Positions 48,523 to 59,379 of a stretch of DNA of 64,000 nucleotides are shown here, in pieces. A program made the position numbers and the translations under genes. The notes below the pieces were generated by a model. The model worked only from the letters and a program-made list of their open reading frames with translations, was not told where the DNA came from and did not search any database. Origin of the DNA: Nitrospirota bacterium. Lineage in GTDB: Bacteria; Nitrospirota; UBA9217. Every line of letters begins with the position of its first letter. Within the stretch, counting starts at the first letter, position 1. The stretch is from assembly GCA_963737155.1 (NCBI GenBank), contig CAVTRN010000002.1, forward strand, positions 2,464,001-2,528,000, in the 5' to 3' direction.

Positions 48523-49497
48523 ATGGTAACCGGCTGGCCACATATGTCGAACCCCGCAGACAACACTTTTTTCTTTATTCTCGGCATATCTGTCGTTCTG
48601 CTGGCCCTGAACACCGGGGTCATGATCTATTTCGTTTTCCGCTACAGCAGGAAGCGGCACCCCCAGGCCGAGGAGGTGAAGGAGAACATTCCACTCGAGA
48701 TCATCTGGACCATCATTCCCACAATCCTCGTGCTCGTGATCTTCTTTGTCGGCTGGAAAGGTTTCCTGTATATGCGGACAGCCCCGCCTGACGCCATGGT
48801 GGTGAATGTCGTTGCCCGGCAGTGGTCATGGACCTTCAATTATGCGAACGGCAAGGAAAGCAATGTACTCAATGTTCCGGTGCGAAAACCCATTAAGCTC
48901 CTGATCACCTCAGCTGATGTTCTGCACAGTCTCTACATCCCCGCGTATCGAATCAAGGAGGATGCTGTGCCCGGCAGGGTAACACACCTCTGGTTTCTTC
49001 CTGATGAACTGGGGTCCTATGACCTATTCTGCACTGAATACTGCGGATTGGGACACTCCGCCATGATCACCAAAGTGGACGTCATGACCGAGCAGGATTT
49101 CGATGCATGGTACAAAGGGGAGGAAGTAAGCGGTTCTACATCGACCGCGGGAAAAACGCCCGGCCAACCGCAGGCAACAGCAAATAAGGTTGAAGGAAAA
49201 CCAGCGCCCGAGGGTGCGCAACTCATTCAAGTCAAGGGCTGCGTTGCCTGCCATACGACTGACGGCACACCGAAGATAGGGCCTACGTTCAAGGGGGTTT
49301 TCGGAAAAAAGGAAACGGTAATACGGGATGGTAAGGAACGGGACATAACGGTTGATGAAGCATTCATCAAGCAGACGCTTCTGCACCCGGAAATAGACCG
49401 GGTCAAGGGATTCCCGCCGATCATGCCCTCCCAGCAGGGGCAACTAACGGACAAAGAAATAGAATCGATAATTGAGTATATAAAAAGCCTGCAATAG
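48523..49497 (+). CDS. ctaC: Cytochrome c oxidase subunit II with fused cytochrome c (caa3-type)
   Basis: EIIWTIIP, QWSW, DVLHS, CTEYCGLGHSAM CuA site; C-terminal CVACH...MP. Confidence 0.93.
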   Translation: MVTGWPHMSNPADNTFFFILGISVVLLALNTGVMIYFVFRYSRKRHPQAEEVKENIPLEIIWTIIPTILVLVIFFVGWKGFLYMRTAPPDAMVVNVVARQWSWTFNYANGKESNVLNVPVRKPIKLLITSADVLHSLYIPAYRIKEDAVPGRVTHLWFLPDELGSYDLFCTEYCGLGHSAMITKVDVMTEQDFDAWYKGEEVSGSTSTAGKTPGQPQATANKVEGKPAPEGAQLIQVKGCVACHTTDGTPKIGPTFKGVFGKKETVIRDGKERDITVDEAFIKQTLLHPEIDRVKGFPPIMPSQQGQLTDKEIESIIEYIKSLQ

Positions 49498-49566
49498 TAC
49501 ATCAATCGGTTCGCGAAACCGAGATCTTCGTGTCATCATGCGCAAAGATAACGTGAAATTATCAGC

Positions 49567-50436
49567 ATGTTAATCTGGAAGCCCTATATCACTCTCAGCA
49601 GGATACCCATTTCCCTGTTCGCCGCCTGTTCCACGCTGACGGGTTTTTTTCTTTTTTCGTATCACAGGGTAATCGATGCGCTTTGCGCTGCCACAGCGAT
49701 CTATTTCCTATCATGCGGCGCATCTGCCCTCAACCAAATCCAGGAACGATTCATCGATGCAAAAATGAAAAGAACGCATCAGAGGCCGCTACCGTCCGGC
49801 ATTATCCACCCCTTACAGGCACTTTTCTTTTCTCTTTCGCTGATGTTAGCCGGTTTGTTGATGCTGTGGTCGGGAAGAAGCAAAATATCCATCGTCATGG
49901 GGCTCGCAGCTATTTTGTGGTATAACGGCGTCTATACCTATCTCAAAAGGGTAACGGCATTCGCATCAATACCGGGCGCCGCTGTCGGAATGATCCCCCC
50001 TGCGATCGGCTGGGTCTCCGCGGGCGGTTCCCTCCTGGATGCCCGCCTTGCAGCGGTCTGCTTCATTTTGTTCATGTGGCAAGTCCCCCACTTCTGGCTT
50101 CTCGTCCTGGATCATGGAGAAGAATATGAACTTGCCGGCCTCCCATCGCTCACGTCAGCGTTGGGCAAACCGCAAATCGCTCGGCTCACATTTGCCTGGA
50201 TCGCTGCGGCGGCAATTGCAAGTTCCATCCTCCCTTTATACGGTACGGTGAGATCGTCCATTGTCTCTTTTTCTTTCTACCCGTTAGCAGCCTGGCTAAT
50301 TTGGAATGAGCGATCTTTAATAGGGACACATCCCTTACTTCCTCTTTCCCCGGTCCTCTTCAGAAACATAAATCTCTACCTGTTCTTCATCATGTCACTC
50401 CTATCAGCCGATAATGTTCTTTTCAGCCTATCATGA
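49567..50436 (+). CDS. cyoE: Protoheme IX farnesyltransferase (heme O synthase)
   Basis: NQIQERFIDAKMKRTHQRPLPSG, YTYLKR, WQVPHF. Confidence 0.9.
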   Translation: MLIWKPYITLSRIPISLFAACSTLTGFFLFSYHRVIDALCAATAIYFLSCGASALNQIQERFIDAKMKRTHQRPLPSGIIHPLQALFFSLSLMLAGLLMLWSGRSKISIVMGLAAILWYNGVYTYLKRVTAFASIPGAAVGMIPPAIGWVSAGGSLLDARLAAVCFILFMWQVPHFWLLVLDHGEEYELAGLPSLTSALGKPQIARLTFAWIAAAAIASSILPLYGTVRSSIVSFSFYPLAAWLIWNERSLIGTHPLLPLSPVLFRNINLYLFFIMSLLSADNVLFSLS

Positions 50437-50870
50437 CAGACACGCGTAACGATGTTGCATTAAAACTTAAGCAGCTTCTTATCGATTCATCGCTGCTCAT
50501 CGAGGAATATACAGCCGCAATCTGTCCAGATTGTACGAACGTGTGTTGCAAGCAAAAACACGGATTGTATCACGGGCGTGATATCGAATATCTGTATAAG
50601 CTCAACATAAAGGTGCCGCAGCGGGACGAGGCACGATCGCCCGACGGGCCCTGTGAGCTCATGGGTTCGCAGGGCTGTACTCAGCCCCGTTGGATGAGGC
50701 CGTTCAAGTGCACGTGGTATTTTTGCGATTCTCTTCTTGCAGCGCTTGACAACGGGCCGCAAAAAAAAGCGAGGAAGCTCACTAGGATGATGCAGGATAT
50801 GATAACCCTCCGCAATACAGTCGGATACTCGTGTGGGGGCGCTAGCACCATCGCGATGTTTCCATACTGA
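50433..50870 (+). CDS. Cys-cluster (YkgJ/CxxCxxCC-like) hypothetical protein
   Basis: CPDCTNVCC ... CELMGSQGC ... RPFKCTWYFC; ATGA overlap with cyoE. Confidence 0.65.
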   Translation: MTDTRNDVALKLKQLLIDSSLLIEEYTAAICPDCTNVCCKQKHGLYHGRDIEYLYKLNIKVPQRDEARSPDGPCELMGSQGCTQPRWMRPFKCTWYFCDSLLAALDNGPQKKARKLTRMMQDMITLRNTVGYSCGGASTIAMFPY

Positions 50871-51275
50871 AACTAAAGTGCCAACAAACACTAGCCACTC
50901 AATAAAAGAAAGAACCTAAAAAACCGATCAAGTCAAAGTAAACGGTTTTTGCTAACAGCCAGAATTCGATTATTATGACGGGAAAAGTTCCCTGTGCTTC
51001 CCCTTCAGGAGAAAGGCTTTGATCCGGGACCCTTATTTTTCTGCTGGAGCATCTGAGCGGAGCCGGTGGCGCGAGACCGGCCATTTTCACCGGGATAGAC
51101 AAGAGCGTTCCGAGACCTTCCGGCTTGACAGATCTGCGAAATTAGCATAATCTTCAGCACAGGAAACGCTGGCCAGAGCCGATTTTTTGCCGGATTCTCC
51201 GGCAAAAGGAATGCACGACCCAGCGCCAGTGCTGACAGGTACATACCGCATTTATGTCTTTCGATGGAGGAAAAC

Positions 51276-51755
51276 ATGAGGATTTTCATCCTGTGCTGGC
51301 TTCTGATGCTGGCATTGTCATTCCGAAACGCAACAGCCGGCGAACTGAGAGAACTGGATATGTTTGACGGCAGTACCATCACCGGCGAAGTACAATCGCT
51401 CAGCAACGGGATATACACAATAAAATCGGAAAGCCTCGGAATAATAAAAATCGAGGCATCGAAGATACGAGCTATCCATGCGATATCGTCTTTAGGGGGT
51501 GTAGGAGCCGGGTCCGGCAACGGAAGTTCCTCTGGTGAGATACAATCGCTACAGGAAAAGATGTTGAGCGACAAGAAAATTATGAGCCTAATACAGACCC
51601 TCCAGAACGATCCCGAATTTAAAAAAGCACTTGAGAACCCCGAAATCATGAAGGCCGTCAATGCAGGTGATGTCGCTGCCCTTCTAGCCAACCCTCGGTT
51701 CATGATGCTCCTGAACAACATCACGGTCAAGGAAATAGGAGAAAAAGTAAAATAA
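51276..51755 (+). CDS. Hypothetical exported protein
   Basis: SD GGAGG, signal peptide, DGSTITGEV beta motif, C-terminal DP/NP repeats (NDPEF, ENPEI, ANPRF). Confidence 0.7.
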   Translation: MRIFILCWLLMLALSFRNATAGELRELDMFDGSTITGEVQSLSNGIYTIKSESLGIIKIEASKIRAIHAISSLGGVGAGSGNGSSSGEIQSLQEKMLSDKKIMSLIQTLQNDPEFKKALENPEIMKAVNAGDVAALLANPRFMMLLNNITVKEIGEKVK

Positions 51756-51789
51756 GAGAACGAATTACTTCTGTGCAAACACATTGTTG

Positions 51790-51818
51790 TTGACATCGCT
51801 TTCCGTACTGGATACTAT
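51790..51818 (+). promoter_or_regulatory. sigma70 promoter of purMN
   Basis: TTGACA-17 nt-TACTAT. Confidence 0.65.
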
Positions 51819-51845
51819 CACCGAAAAATTTAGAAGGGAAACGGT

Positions 51846-52874
51846 ATGGCCCTAACCTACAAAGACGCGGGCGTAGATATCGACGCCGGTGACCTCTTCG
51901 TCGAGAAAATCAAGCCCTATGTGAAATCAACGTTCCGGCCGGAAGTTATGACGCATATCGGCGGATTCGGCGGACTTTTCGCGCTTAAGAAATTCAAGGA
52001 GCCCGTCCTCGTGTCCGGGACAGACGGCGTCGGGACGAAACTCAAGATCGCCTTTCTCATGAACAAACACGATACGGTCGGAATCGACTTGGTCGCCATG
52101 TGTGTTAATGACATCATTGTCCAGGGTGCCGAACCACTTTTTTTCCTCGATTACTTTGCAACGGGCAAACTTAAACCTGTAGAACATACCGACATCGTCA
52201 AGGGCATTGCCGAAGGGTGCAAACAATCTGGCTGCGCACTCATCGGCGGAGAGACCGCAGAAATGCCTTCTTTCTACAGCGAGAATGAGTACGATCTGGC
52301 TGGCTTCGCCGTCGGCGTGGTTGAAAAGAAGAAGCTCATCAACGGCTCGAAAATTAAACCAGGGGACCTCCTTATCGGGCTGGCATCTTCGGGACTCCAC
52401 AGCAACGGCTTTTCCCTGGTGCGAAAGGTGCTTCTCGAGAAATCGGGATACGGCGTGCAGGACCTTCTGAGCGAATTGGGTCAAGTTCCCCTCGGCGACG
52501 TCCTGCTTACCCCCACGAGAATATACGCAAATACCATCAAAGCTCTTTTGAAGGAATTCGACATCCATGGCATGGCACATATCACGGGCGGAGGCATCAC
52601 CGAAAATACACCCCGCATGCTTCCGAAGGGCGCTCAAGCCTTGGTCAGGAAAGAGACTTGGGAAGTGCCTCCGATTTTCAAGCTTATCCGGAAAAAAGCG
52701 GGAGTCGACGATAATGAAATGTACCGGGACTTTAACATGGGACTCGGCATGATCCTTGCCGTATCGGGGAAGCAGGCTGAGGCGGTCATGAAAAAAGCTT
52801 CTAAATTGGGAGAAAAGGCGTATCTCGTCGGTGAAATTGTTAAGGGAAAACAGATTGTAAGGTATGAAAGCTAG
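51846..52874 (+). CDS. purM: Phosphoribosylformylglycinamidine cyclo-ligase
   Basis: YKDAGVDID, GTDGVGTK, GGETAEMP, SSGLHSNG, AHITGGG, FNMG. Confidence 0.97.
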   Translation: MALTYKDAGVDIDAGDLFVEKIKPYVKSTFRPEVMTHIGGFGGLFALKKFKEPVLVSGTDGVGTKLKIAFLMNKHDTVGIDLVAMCVNDIIVQGAEPLFFLDYFATGKLKPVEHTDIVKGIAEGCKQSGCALIGGETAEMPSFYSENEYDLAGFAVGVVEKKKLINGSKIKPGDLLIGLASSGLHSNGFSLVRKVLLEKSGYGVQDLLSELGQVPLGDVLLTPTRIYANTIKALLKEFDIHGMAHITGGGITENTPRMLPKGAQALVRKETWEVPPIFKLIRKKAGVDDNEMYRDFNMGLGMILAVSGKQAEAVMKKASKLGEKAYLVGEIVKGKQIVRYES

Positions 52875-52946
52875 GTCTCGAGTTATATCCCTGACTGCCG
52901 ATTACTGACTCCCACCCCGCCTTCGGCGCTTGTTTGAGGTACTTCC

Positions 52947-53597
52947 ATGAAAAAAGTAAAACTAGGCGTTCTTGTATCCGGTCGCGGTTCGAATCTTCAG
53001 GCAATCATCGACAACACCGAGAATGGAACACTCCTGGCTGAACTCGCCGTCGTGATCAGCGACCAAGCCAATGCCTACGCTCTTGAACGGGCTCGAAAAC
53101 ACAGGATTGCCGCAGTGCATGTAAGTGCCAAAGGGTTTAAAAACAAGCGGGATGAGTATGACGCATTGCTCGTAAAAGAATTGCGTACAAGGGACGTGGA
53201 GCTTATCTGCCTAGCCGGTTTCATGCGGATCATCACCCCGACACTGATCAAAGCCTATTCCAATCGCATCCTGAATATCCACCCCGCGCTCTTGCCGGCC
53301 TTCCCGGGCCTTCATGTCCAGAAAGCGGCACTTGACCACGGGGTCAAGTTTTCGGGGTGCACGGTGCATTTCGTGGATGAAGGTATGGATACGGGACCGA
53401 TCATCATCCAAGCCGTAGTCCCAATCCTGGACAACGATACGGAAGACAGCCTGTCTGCTCGAATCCTCAAACAGGAACACAAGATCTATTCTCGCGCCAT
53501 TCAGCTCTATGCCGAAGGTAGACTCGCCATCCTGGGCAGACGGGTTTCTGTCTCCAACGGGGAACATCCTGCCGATACGTTTCTTATAAATCCTTGA
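52947..53597 (+). CDS. purN: Phosphoribosylglycinamide formyltransferase
   Basis: SGRGSNLQA, LAGFMRI, NIHPALLP, GCTVHFV, DTGPII. Confidence 0.97.
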   Translation: MKKVKLGVLVSGRGSNLQAIIDNTENGTLLAELAVVISDQANAYALERARKHRIAAVHVSAKGFKNKRDEYDALLVKELRTRDVELICLAGFMRIITPTLIKAYSNRILNIHPALLPAFPGLHVQKAALDHGVKFSGCTVHFVDEGMDTGPIIIQAVVPILDNDTEDSLSARILKQEHKIYSRAIQLYAEGRLAILGRRVSVSNGEHPADTFLINP

Positions 53598-53642
53598 CAA
53601 AATAGTAGTTTGGCCACTCGCTCTTATAAAGCGACGGATAAT

Positions 53643-53870
53643 CATGTTATTTGCTCCTGATTTACCTGGGTTACAGGCAGGCGCATTCTGAATGTTTCCC
53701 CGCCCAACATGTTATTCACAGCGCTGATGGTTCCTCCGTGATTCTCAATCAACCGCTTCGAAATCGCCAGCCCCACCCTTCGGTTTTGTACTGAAAAAAG
53801 GGTTGGAATATTTTACTCATCACGGTGGAATCCGGCACCTTACCGGTATCGGACTATTCAACCAAATCCT
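53643..53870 (-). pseudogene. Histidine kinase HATPase_c remnant
   Basis: Frameshifted fragments SDTGK...KIFQPFF / STKPKG / GLAISKRLIENHGGTI...GETFRMRLP. Confidence 0.7.
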
Positions 53871-53875
53871 CACGC

Positions 53876-54148
53876 TCATACGTAATGCAGTATCATTTCG
53901 AATAACCATACGAGAAATATGCCAAGTAACCATAAAATGAACAAGGCTGGTATAGAGGCAATTGCCCATTTAACCATAAGCATAACAATTGACCAAAAAG
54001 GCATGTCTATATTGGCAATGGTTACCCGGTTTATGTTGTCAGTCATTTGTCCGGAAAATTGGCTGGTAAAAACGTATCCGCATTTACACCTGGCATCATT
54101 CTCCGGAACTAATTCAGAGCAGTTGGGACATTTTTTGAGCAACGCCAT
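53876..54148 (-). CDS. Small zinc-ribbon membrane protein
   Basis: CPNC...CKCGY; DMPFWSIVMLMVKWAIASIPA; SD GAGGAGG. Confidence 0.7.
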   Translation of the reverse strand: MALLKKCPNCSELVPENDARCKCGYVFTSQFSGQMTDNINRVTIANIDMPFWSIVMLMVKWAIASIPALFILWLLGIFLVWLFEMILHYV

Positions 54149-54723
54149 CTTTTGAACCTCCTCATTGTTGTTGTAATCAAAGTTCGGTTATGTTTTATAG
54201 CCAGAAAAGCCGCACAAAATTATCAGCTTACATAAACTTGTGTTACATGAGGTCGCAAGTTTAAATTGTATCTCGAATCAATGAGCTATTTCAACATCAA
54301 TACTCATATCCCCAATATTCCCTGCCAATTTCTGATTACTCCCCCTGCCTTCGTTTTTGAGGTACTTTCAAACAATTTCATCTGTTCCCGTGTGTACATA
54401 TCAAACAATTTTCCCCAAACTGGGCTTCCGGTTTGTACTCCGCCTGCAAGATATTCAAGTTCATAATTTGATGCCAGGGCAATGATTACCGCAAAGTATT
54501 CCCTCCAGCCTCCAAGCTTACAGTGGCGCAGTTTTCATCTCTTCTTTTCACCCATAAAAAATCGGTGATATCCTAAATCCATGTATCTGCCACTACCATT
54601 TTCCCTTCATGTTTTCGCTGATATTCTTGTTACCAGCCTATTGTTGGACATCCTATTTCGTCCATGTTTCCGCAAAAATACTGTCGACCAAAAATCAACT
54701 AAACAAAAACTTCACACTGAAAC

Positions 54724-54756
54724 AAAAAAGGACTTAGCATTGGTTGCTAAGTCCTT
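54724..54756 (-). terminator. Terminator downstream of tRNA-Ala
   Basis: AAGGACTTAGCA-5 nt-TGCTAAGTCCTT followed by TTTT. Confidence 0.75.
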
Positions 54757-54764
54757 ACAAAGAT

Positions 54765-54840
54765 TGGTGGACGAGAAGGGGATCGAACCCTCGGCCCCCG
54801 CATTGCGAACGCGGTGCTCTCCCAGCTGAGCTACTCGCCC
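54765..54840 (-). tRNA. tRNA-Ala (anticodon CGC)
   Basis: GGGCGAGTAGCTCAGCTGGGAGAGCACCGCGTTCGCAATGCGGGGGCCGAGGGTTCGATCCCCTTCTCGTCCACCA; 76 nt, G3-U70 pair, encoded CCA. Confidence 0.96.
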
Positions 54841-55415
54841 CCGGTCTGGAGACTGGAAAACGGCTTTAATTTAATTCATCAGCACGGAGAAAGCAAGAGA
54901 ATAATTGCAAAATAGGATCAGCAAGATTAGTGCATGAGGGCATCCTAATATTCACATCCCCGTATCGGATTTCGCTTCCGTGCTTATGTAATACCAAAAT
55001 AGAAATATCCTATTTCAAGATACTAATGCAGTTCTTCAATTGTCATAAGAGCCCGCCTTAATGCACCTGTAATTTCCCTACGTATCATAAACGACGTAAA
55101 AGCAGTGGAAACAGAGATTGATGGCCATAATATCACTAAACAAAGCAGTTTGTTTACGGCTAGAAGCGCTTTTAATGTAAAAAAGTAGGACATTTCTACT
55201 TTGGGACAACATTCGCTTTCGTGCTTATTGACAAATCGGTTCATCTCAGCTATAGTGTGCAAGTTTGGGACACAGATATCCCACCAAAGGAGAATGAACG
55301 ATGCGTGAGAGACAGAAAGAACTGCGCCGGAGGCGCAAACGGAGGGAAGAAACCCTTCGGAGCAAACGTCATGCGGCGAAAGCCGATGCAGCAGCCAAAA
55401 AAGGAAAATAACCGG

Positions 55416-57346
55416 ATGCCCACCCGGCATTCAGGCTTCAGAACATCGATCGTTCTGCTCATGTTGTTTCTTTTCAATGCGCTTCTCCCGCTGGGTTGCG
55501 CCCCGAAACTCGCTCCTGCTCCGGAACATGTTTGGGAAAAGGACGCCCGCGCGCTCCTTGACCAGGCTGACAGTCAGTTCGAAAAGAAACAGTATTACAT
55601 GTCCACGAGCACAATAGAGTCCTTTCTATACCGGTATCCGACGAGCCAATACCGGGACAGAGCTCTCTATCGTATGGGTGAAATTCTTTTTACCCTGCGT
55701 GACTACGCCAAAGCCGCCAATTATTACAAAGAAATCATCCAGGAATATCCCAAATCATCCTCCATTATTGCTGCAAAGTACCGTCTCAGCCAGTGTTACT
55801 TCGAGCTGAAGGAGTACGACCTCACCATAGCAAATCTTGCGGACCACGGAAAAATCTCCGATCCCGTCCAGTTGAGAAGCATTGCCGAAATGCTTTCTGT
55901 GGCCTATTCGGCGAAAAAGGACTATCTCCATGCTTCCCAGGAATACGCTTATCTCGCGGCAAACGCACAGACTGAACAGCAGAGGGCAGGGTACCGGGAT
56001 CGAGTCCGCGAGATCATCAATAAAGATCTTACAGAGAATGAACTCAGGATGCTGGCAACAGAAAACACCTACCCGGCGGACCTAGCCGAATTGCGTTTGG
56101 CGGGACTCCTGATCGAAAAACGGCAGTACCAGGAGTCCATACAGGTCACCCGCCGATTCCTTGAAAATAATGCTGCCCATCCGGAAAAGACACGTGCCGA
56201 GATGCTCCTGAACGAAGCGATGACAAAACTCTCGGCGCCGCGTCATTATCTCGGAGCGCTCATTCCCCGGACAGGACAGCTCGCCTTTTTCGGAGATCAT
56301 GTCTTACAGGGAATTCAGCTCGCCGTGCATGAGTACAACACGCGAAAGCCCGATGACCCCGTAGAACTCCTCACCATGGATACCGAGGGTTCTCCGGATA
56401 AAGCCTTAATTGCCTTGAATGAACTTGCTGCCAAAGGTGTCATAGCGGTGATCGGGCCGCTACTGACAAAAGAAACAGAGGCCCTTGTTCCAGCGCTGGA
56501 AAAGCTTAAAATCCCGGTAATCACTCCCGCGGCATCGGGAGAAGATATCGGGAAGCTGAGTCCCTGGCTTTTCCGGAATGCGCTTACCAATTCGAGTCAG
56601 GCGGAAACGGCAGCCAGGTACGCGCAACAGCAGAGCCTGAGAAAATTCGTAGTTCTCTACCCCGACGATGCCCCCGACAAGGACTTGGCCCGACTCTTCA
56701 CAATGGACATGGATCACCAGGCCAGATCCTGGCAACCATCGCCTATCCTCCCGATGTCAGGGACTTCGGACCGTATATCAGAAGAGTGATGGAAATCGAC
56801 CTACAATCTCGGAAAATCAAGATCCCCGACGATGATGCGGAGCGAAAAAAACTGTTCCAAGATTATATCCCCGCTTTTGACGCTCTCTATCTGCCTGGCT
56901 ACGCCGATCAGATCGGATTGCTGATACCCCAGCTTGTTTTTTACAATATTTCCGGCATTGCAATTATCGGCTCGAATAACTGGCACTCCCCGGACCTGCT
57001 AGAACGCGCCCGGCGTTATGCGGAGGGCACCGTGTTTGTCGATGGTTTTTTCCCGGAAAGCACGGACCCCGCGATCAAGACTATTATTGATGCCTACCAT
57101 TCCGCCTACCAGCAGGAACCGGACATCTTGGCTGCCCAAGCCTACGATGCGGCAGCCATGGTGCTAGCTCTTCTTGGGGAACATAAGGACACGCCACTCG
57201 CAATCAGGGATGGTTTGCTTTCACTCAAGGATTTCCCCGGGATCTCGGGCGCAACAACTTTTGCGGGCACCGGCGAAGCGCAGAAAAAACTCTTCTTGGT
57301 CAAAATCCAGGATGGGAAATTTACCCTCTCTGGTGATAATAAATAA
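55416..57346 (+). CDS. LpoA/LppC-like lipoprotein (TPR + periplasmic binding fold), split by a 1-nt deletion near 56722
   Basis: Lipobox LPLGC, BamD-like TPRs, LIPRTG, AVIGPLL; shifting frame gives QILATIAYPPDVRDFGPYIRRVM continuing into FDALYLPG...AQAYDA...GISG. Confidence 0.78.
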
Positions 57347-57443
57347 AGTCCTTCCCTGTTTTCCCTTGACAAGACCGCTTCATTTCTTTTACTATCATTA
57401 TTCGCTGCATTCGGAGCTTCCGGAGCACTTGTCGGCATAATCG

Positions 57444-58154
57444 ATGGATAAACTGAACATCATACAAAAAATCGTAGTCATGGCCCCGCCTCTTGTATTC
57501 GCCATAGTTCTCCACGAGGTGGCCCACGGCTGGATCGCAAACAAGCTCGGAGACCATACAGCGCGTGACCGCGGCCGGCTTACTCTGAATCCCATTTCCC
57601 ATATTGATCTTTTCGGCACCATCATTATGCCAGTCCTCCTCTACCTGACCACGCACGGCAGGTTCATTTTTGGATACGCAAAACCGGTTCCTATCAATCC
57701 CTACAATTTCAAAGACCCTAAAAAAGGAATGGCGCTCTCTTCGCTCGCCGGCCCCGGTGTGAATCTCATCATGGCGATAGCGTTCTCTTTTTTCCTGCGC
57801 ATCGTATTACCGAGCATTGAAGTCTTCATTCCGCGATCGGTATGGGAATCCATAGGGATTCCCATAGTCCTTATGCTGGGCTATGGTGTCCTCATCAACA
57901 TCGGATTGGCCCTCCTCAACTCGATACCCATTCCCCCGCTCGATGGAAGCAGAATCGTCTATTGGCTCCTTCCCAATGCCCTGGCGTCGGCATACTATCG
58001 TTTAGAACGATACGGGATGCTAATCATCTTAGCTCTCTTTGCATTCAATATTCTCAGTTACCTGATCTGGCCGATCATGCAACCGGCCCTCGACATCCTT
58101 CTCGGACAGAATATGCTTGACATACTCAGTCACTTTCTCTTTTCAGGCGGATAA
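57444..58154 (+). CDS. Site-2 protease family (M50) metalloprotease
   Basis: LHEVAHG, SLAGP, NSIPIPPLDG. Confidence 0.92.
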   Translation: MDKLNIIQKIVVMAPPLVFAIVLHEVAHGWIANKLGDHTARDRGRLTLNPISHIDLFGTIIMPVLLYLTTHGRFIFGYAKPVPINPYNFKDPKKGMALSSLAGPGVNLIMAIAFSFFLRIVLPSIEVFIPRSVWESIGIPIVLMLGYGVLINIGLALLNSIPIPPLDGSRIVYWLLPNALASAYYRLERYGMLIILALFAFNILSYLIWPIMQPALDILLGQNMLDILSHFLFSGG

Positions 58155-58195
58155 CTTTAAGGCAAATAACGAAATGGAGTTTGAGAGTACACGCT

Positions 58196-59179
58196 ATGTC
58201 CAAACAACGCGTATTAAGCGGCATGCAGCCTAGCGGGCTGCTTCATCTTGGCAACCTCATGGGTGCTCTCGAAAACTGGAGAAAACTCCAGGATCAACAC
58301 GAGTGCTATTACTTCATCGCCGACTGGCATGCCCTCACAACGAACTACGCTGACACGTCCCGTATCCGCACCTACAGCAGGGAAATGGTCATCGATTGGA
58401 TTGCGGCCGGACTCGATCCTGAAAAGGCGGTGCTTTTCCAGCAGTCGCTCGTGCCCGAACACGCGGTCCTCCATGTGCTCCTGTCCATGTCCACGCCCCT
58501 TCCCTGGCTTGAGCGCGTCCCCACCTACAAGGAAAAGATCAACCAGCTCCAGGACAAGGACATGAATACCTATGGCTTCCTCGGCTATCCTGTTTTGCAG
58601 GCCGCGGATATCCTGATCTACAAGGCCCACTTAGTTCCCGTCGGGATCGACCAGCTCCCACACCTTGAACTTACTCGCGAGATCGGCAGGCGCTTCGACC
58701 AGCTGTACGGGGAGATATTCCCTGAACCTCAGCCGCTCATGACCGAATACCCCAAGCTCCCGGGCACCGACGGTCGTAAAATGAGCAAGAGCTACAACAA
58801 CTGTCTTTACCTGTCCGACAGCCCCGAGGAAATCACCAAGAAGGTCATGCAGATGGTGACCGACCCCGCCCGCATCCGGAGGCAAGACCCCGGTAATCCG
58901 GACGTCTGTCCCCTCTTCGACCTTGACAGGATATTCGCGCCCAAGGAGTGGTGCGCTTACGTTAATGTGGAATGCCGCCGCGCGGGCATCGGCTGCGTGG
59001 ATGACAAAAAAGAATTGTTGAAGCATCTCCTCGCCTATCTCAAACCCCTCCAGGAACGGCGAAAGGAACTTGCCGCAAAGCCCGAGCAGGCGAGGGAGAT
59101 TATCCAAGAAGGCTCACGCCGCGCACGGGTTATTGCCGCGCAGACCCTGGTTGAGGTGACCGAGGCAATGAAACTTTAA
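58196..59179 (+). CDS. trpS: Tryptophan--tRNA ligase
   Basis: SGMQPSG.LHLGN, YPVLQAADIL, VPVG.DQ, KMSKS. Confidence 0.97.
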   Translation: MSKQRVLSGMQPSGLLHLGNLMGALENWRKLQDQHECYYFIADWHALTTNYADTSRIRTYSREMVIDWIAAGLDPEKAVLFQQSLVPEHAVLHVLLSMSTPLPWLERVPTYKEKINQLQDKDMNTYGFLGYPVLQAADILIYKAHLVPVGIDQLPHLELTREIGRRFDQLYGEIFPEPQPLMTEYPKLPGTDGRKMSKSYNNCLYLSDSPEEITKKVMQMVTDPARIRRQDPGNPDVCPLFDLDRIFAPKEWCAYVNVECRRAGIGCVDDKKELLKHLLAYLKPLQERRKELAAKPEQAREIIQEGSRRARVIAAQTLVEVTEAMKL

Positions 59180-59326
59180 TGTCCGAAAAGATTTCATGAA
59201 CCACAGGCGACTTTATCGCACAAGACCCATCTTAAATCTGCTCCGACCTGCGTCTCTTGTGTTGCGAACCTGTGATTTTAGTTCTGTTGAAGCCGTTTTT
59301 AACCGCCCATACTTCTAGAAAAAACC

Positions 59327-59355
59327 TTGACAATACAGTGCTTCTCCCCTATTAT
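59327..59355 (+). promoter_or_regulatory. sigma70 promoter of polyprenyl synthase gene
   Basis: TTGACA-17 nt-TATTAT. Confidence 0.6.
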
Positions 59356-59379
59356 TTCTCTAGTTAGTTAGAGTATATC

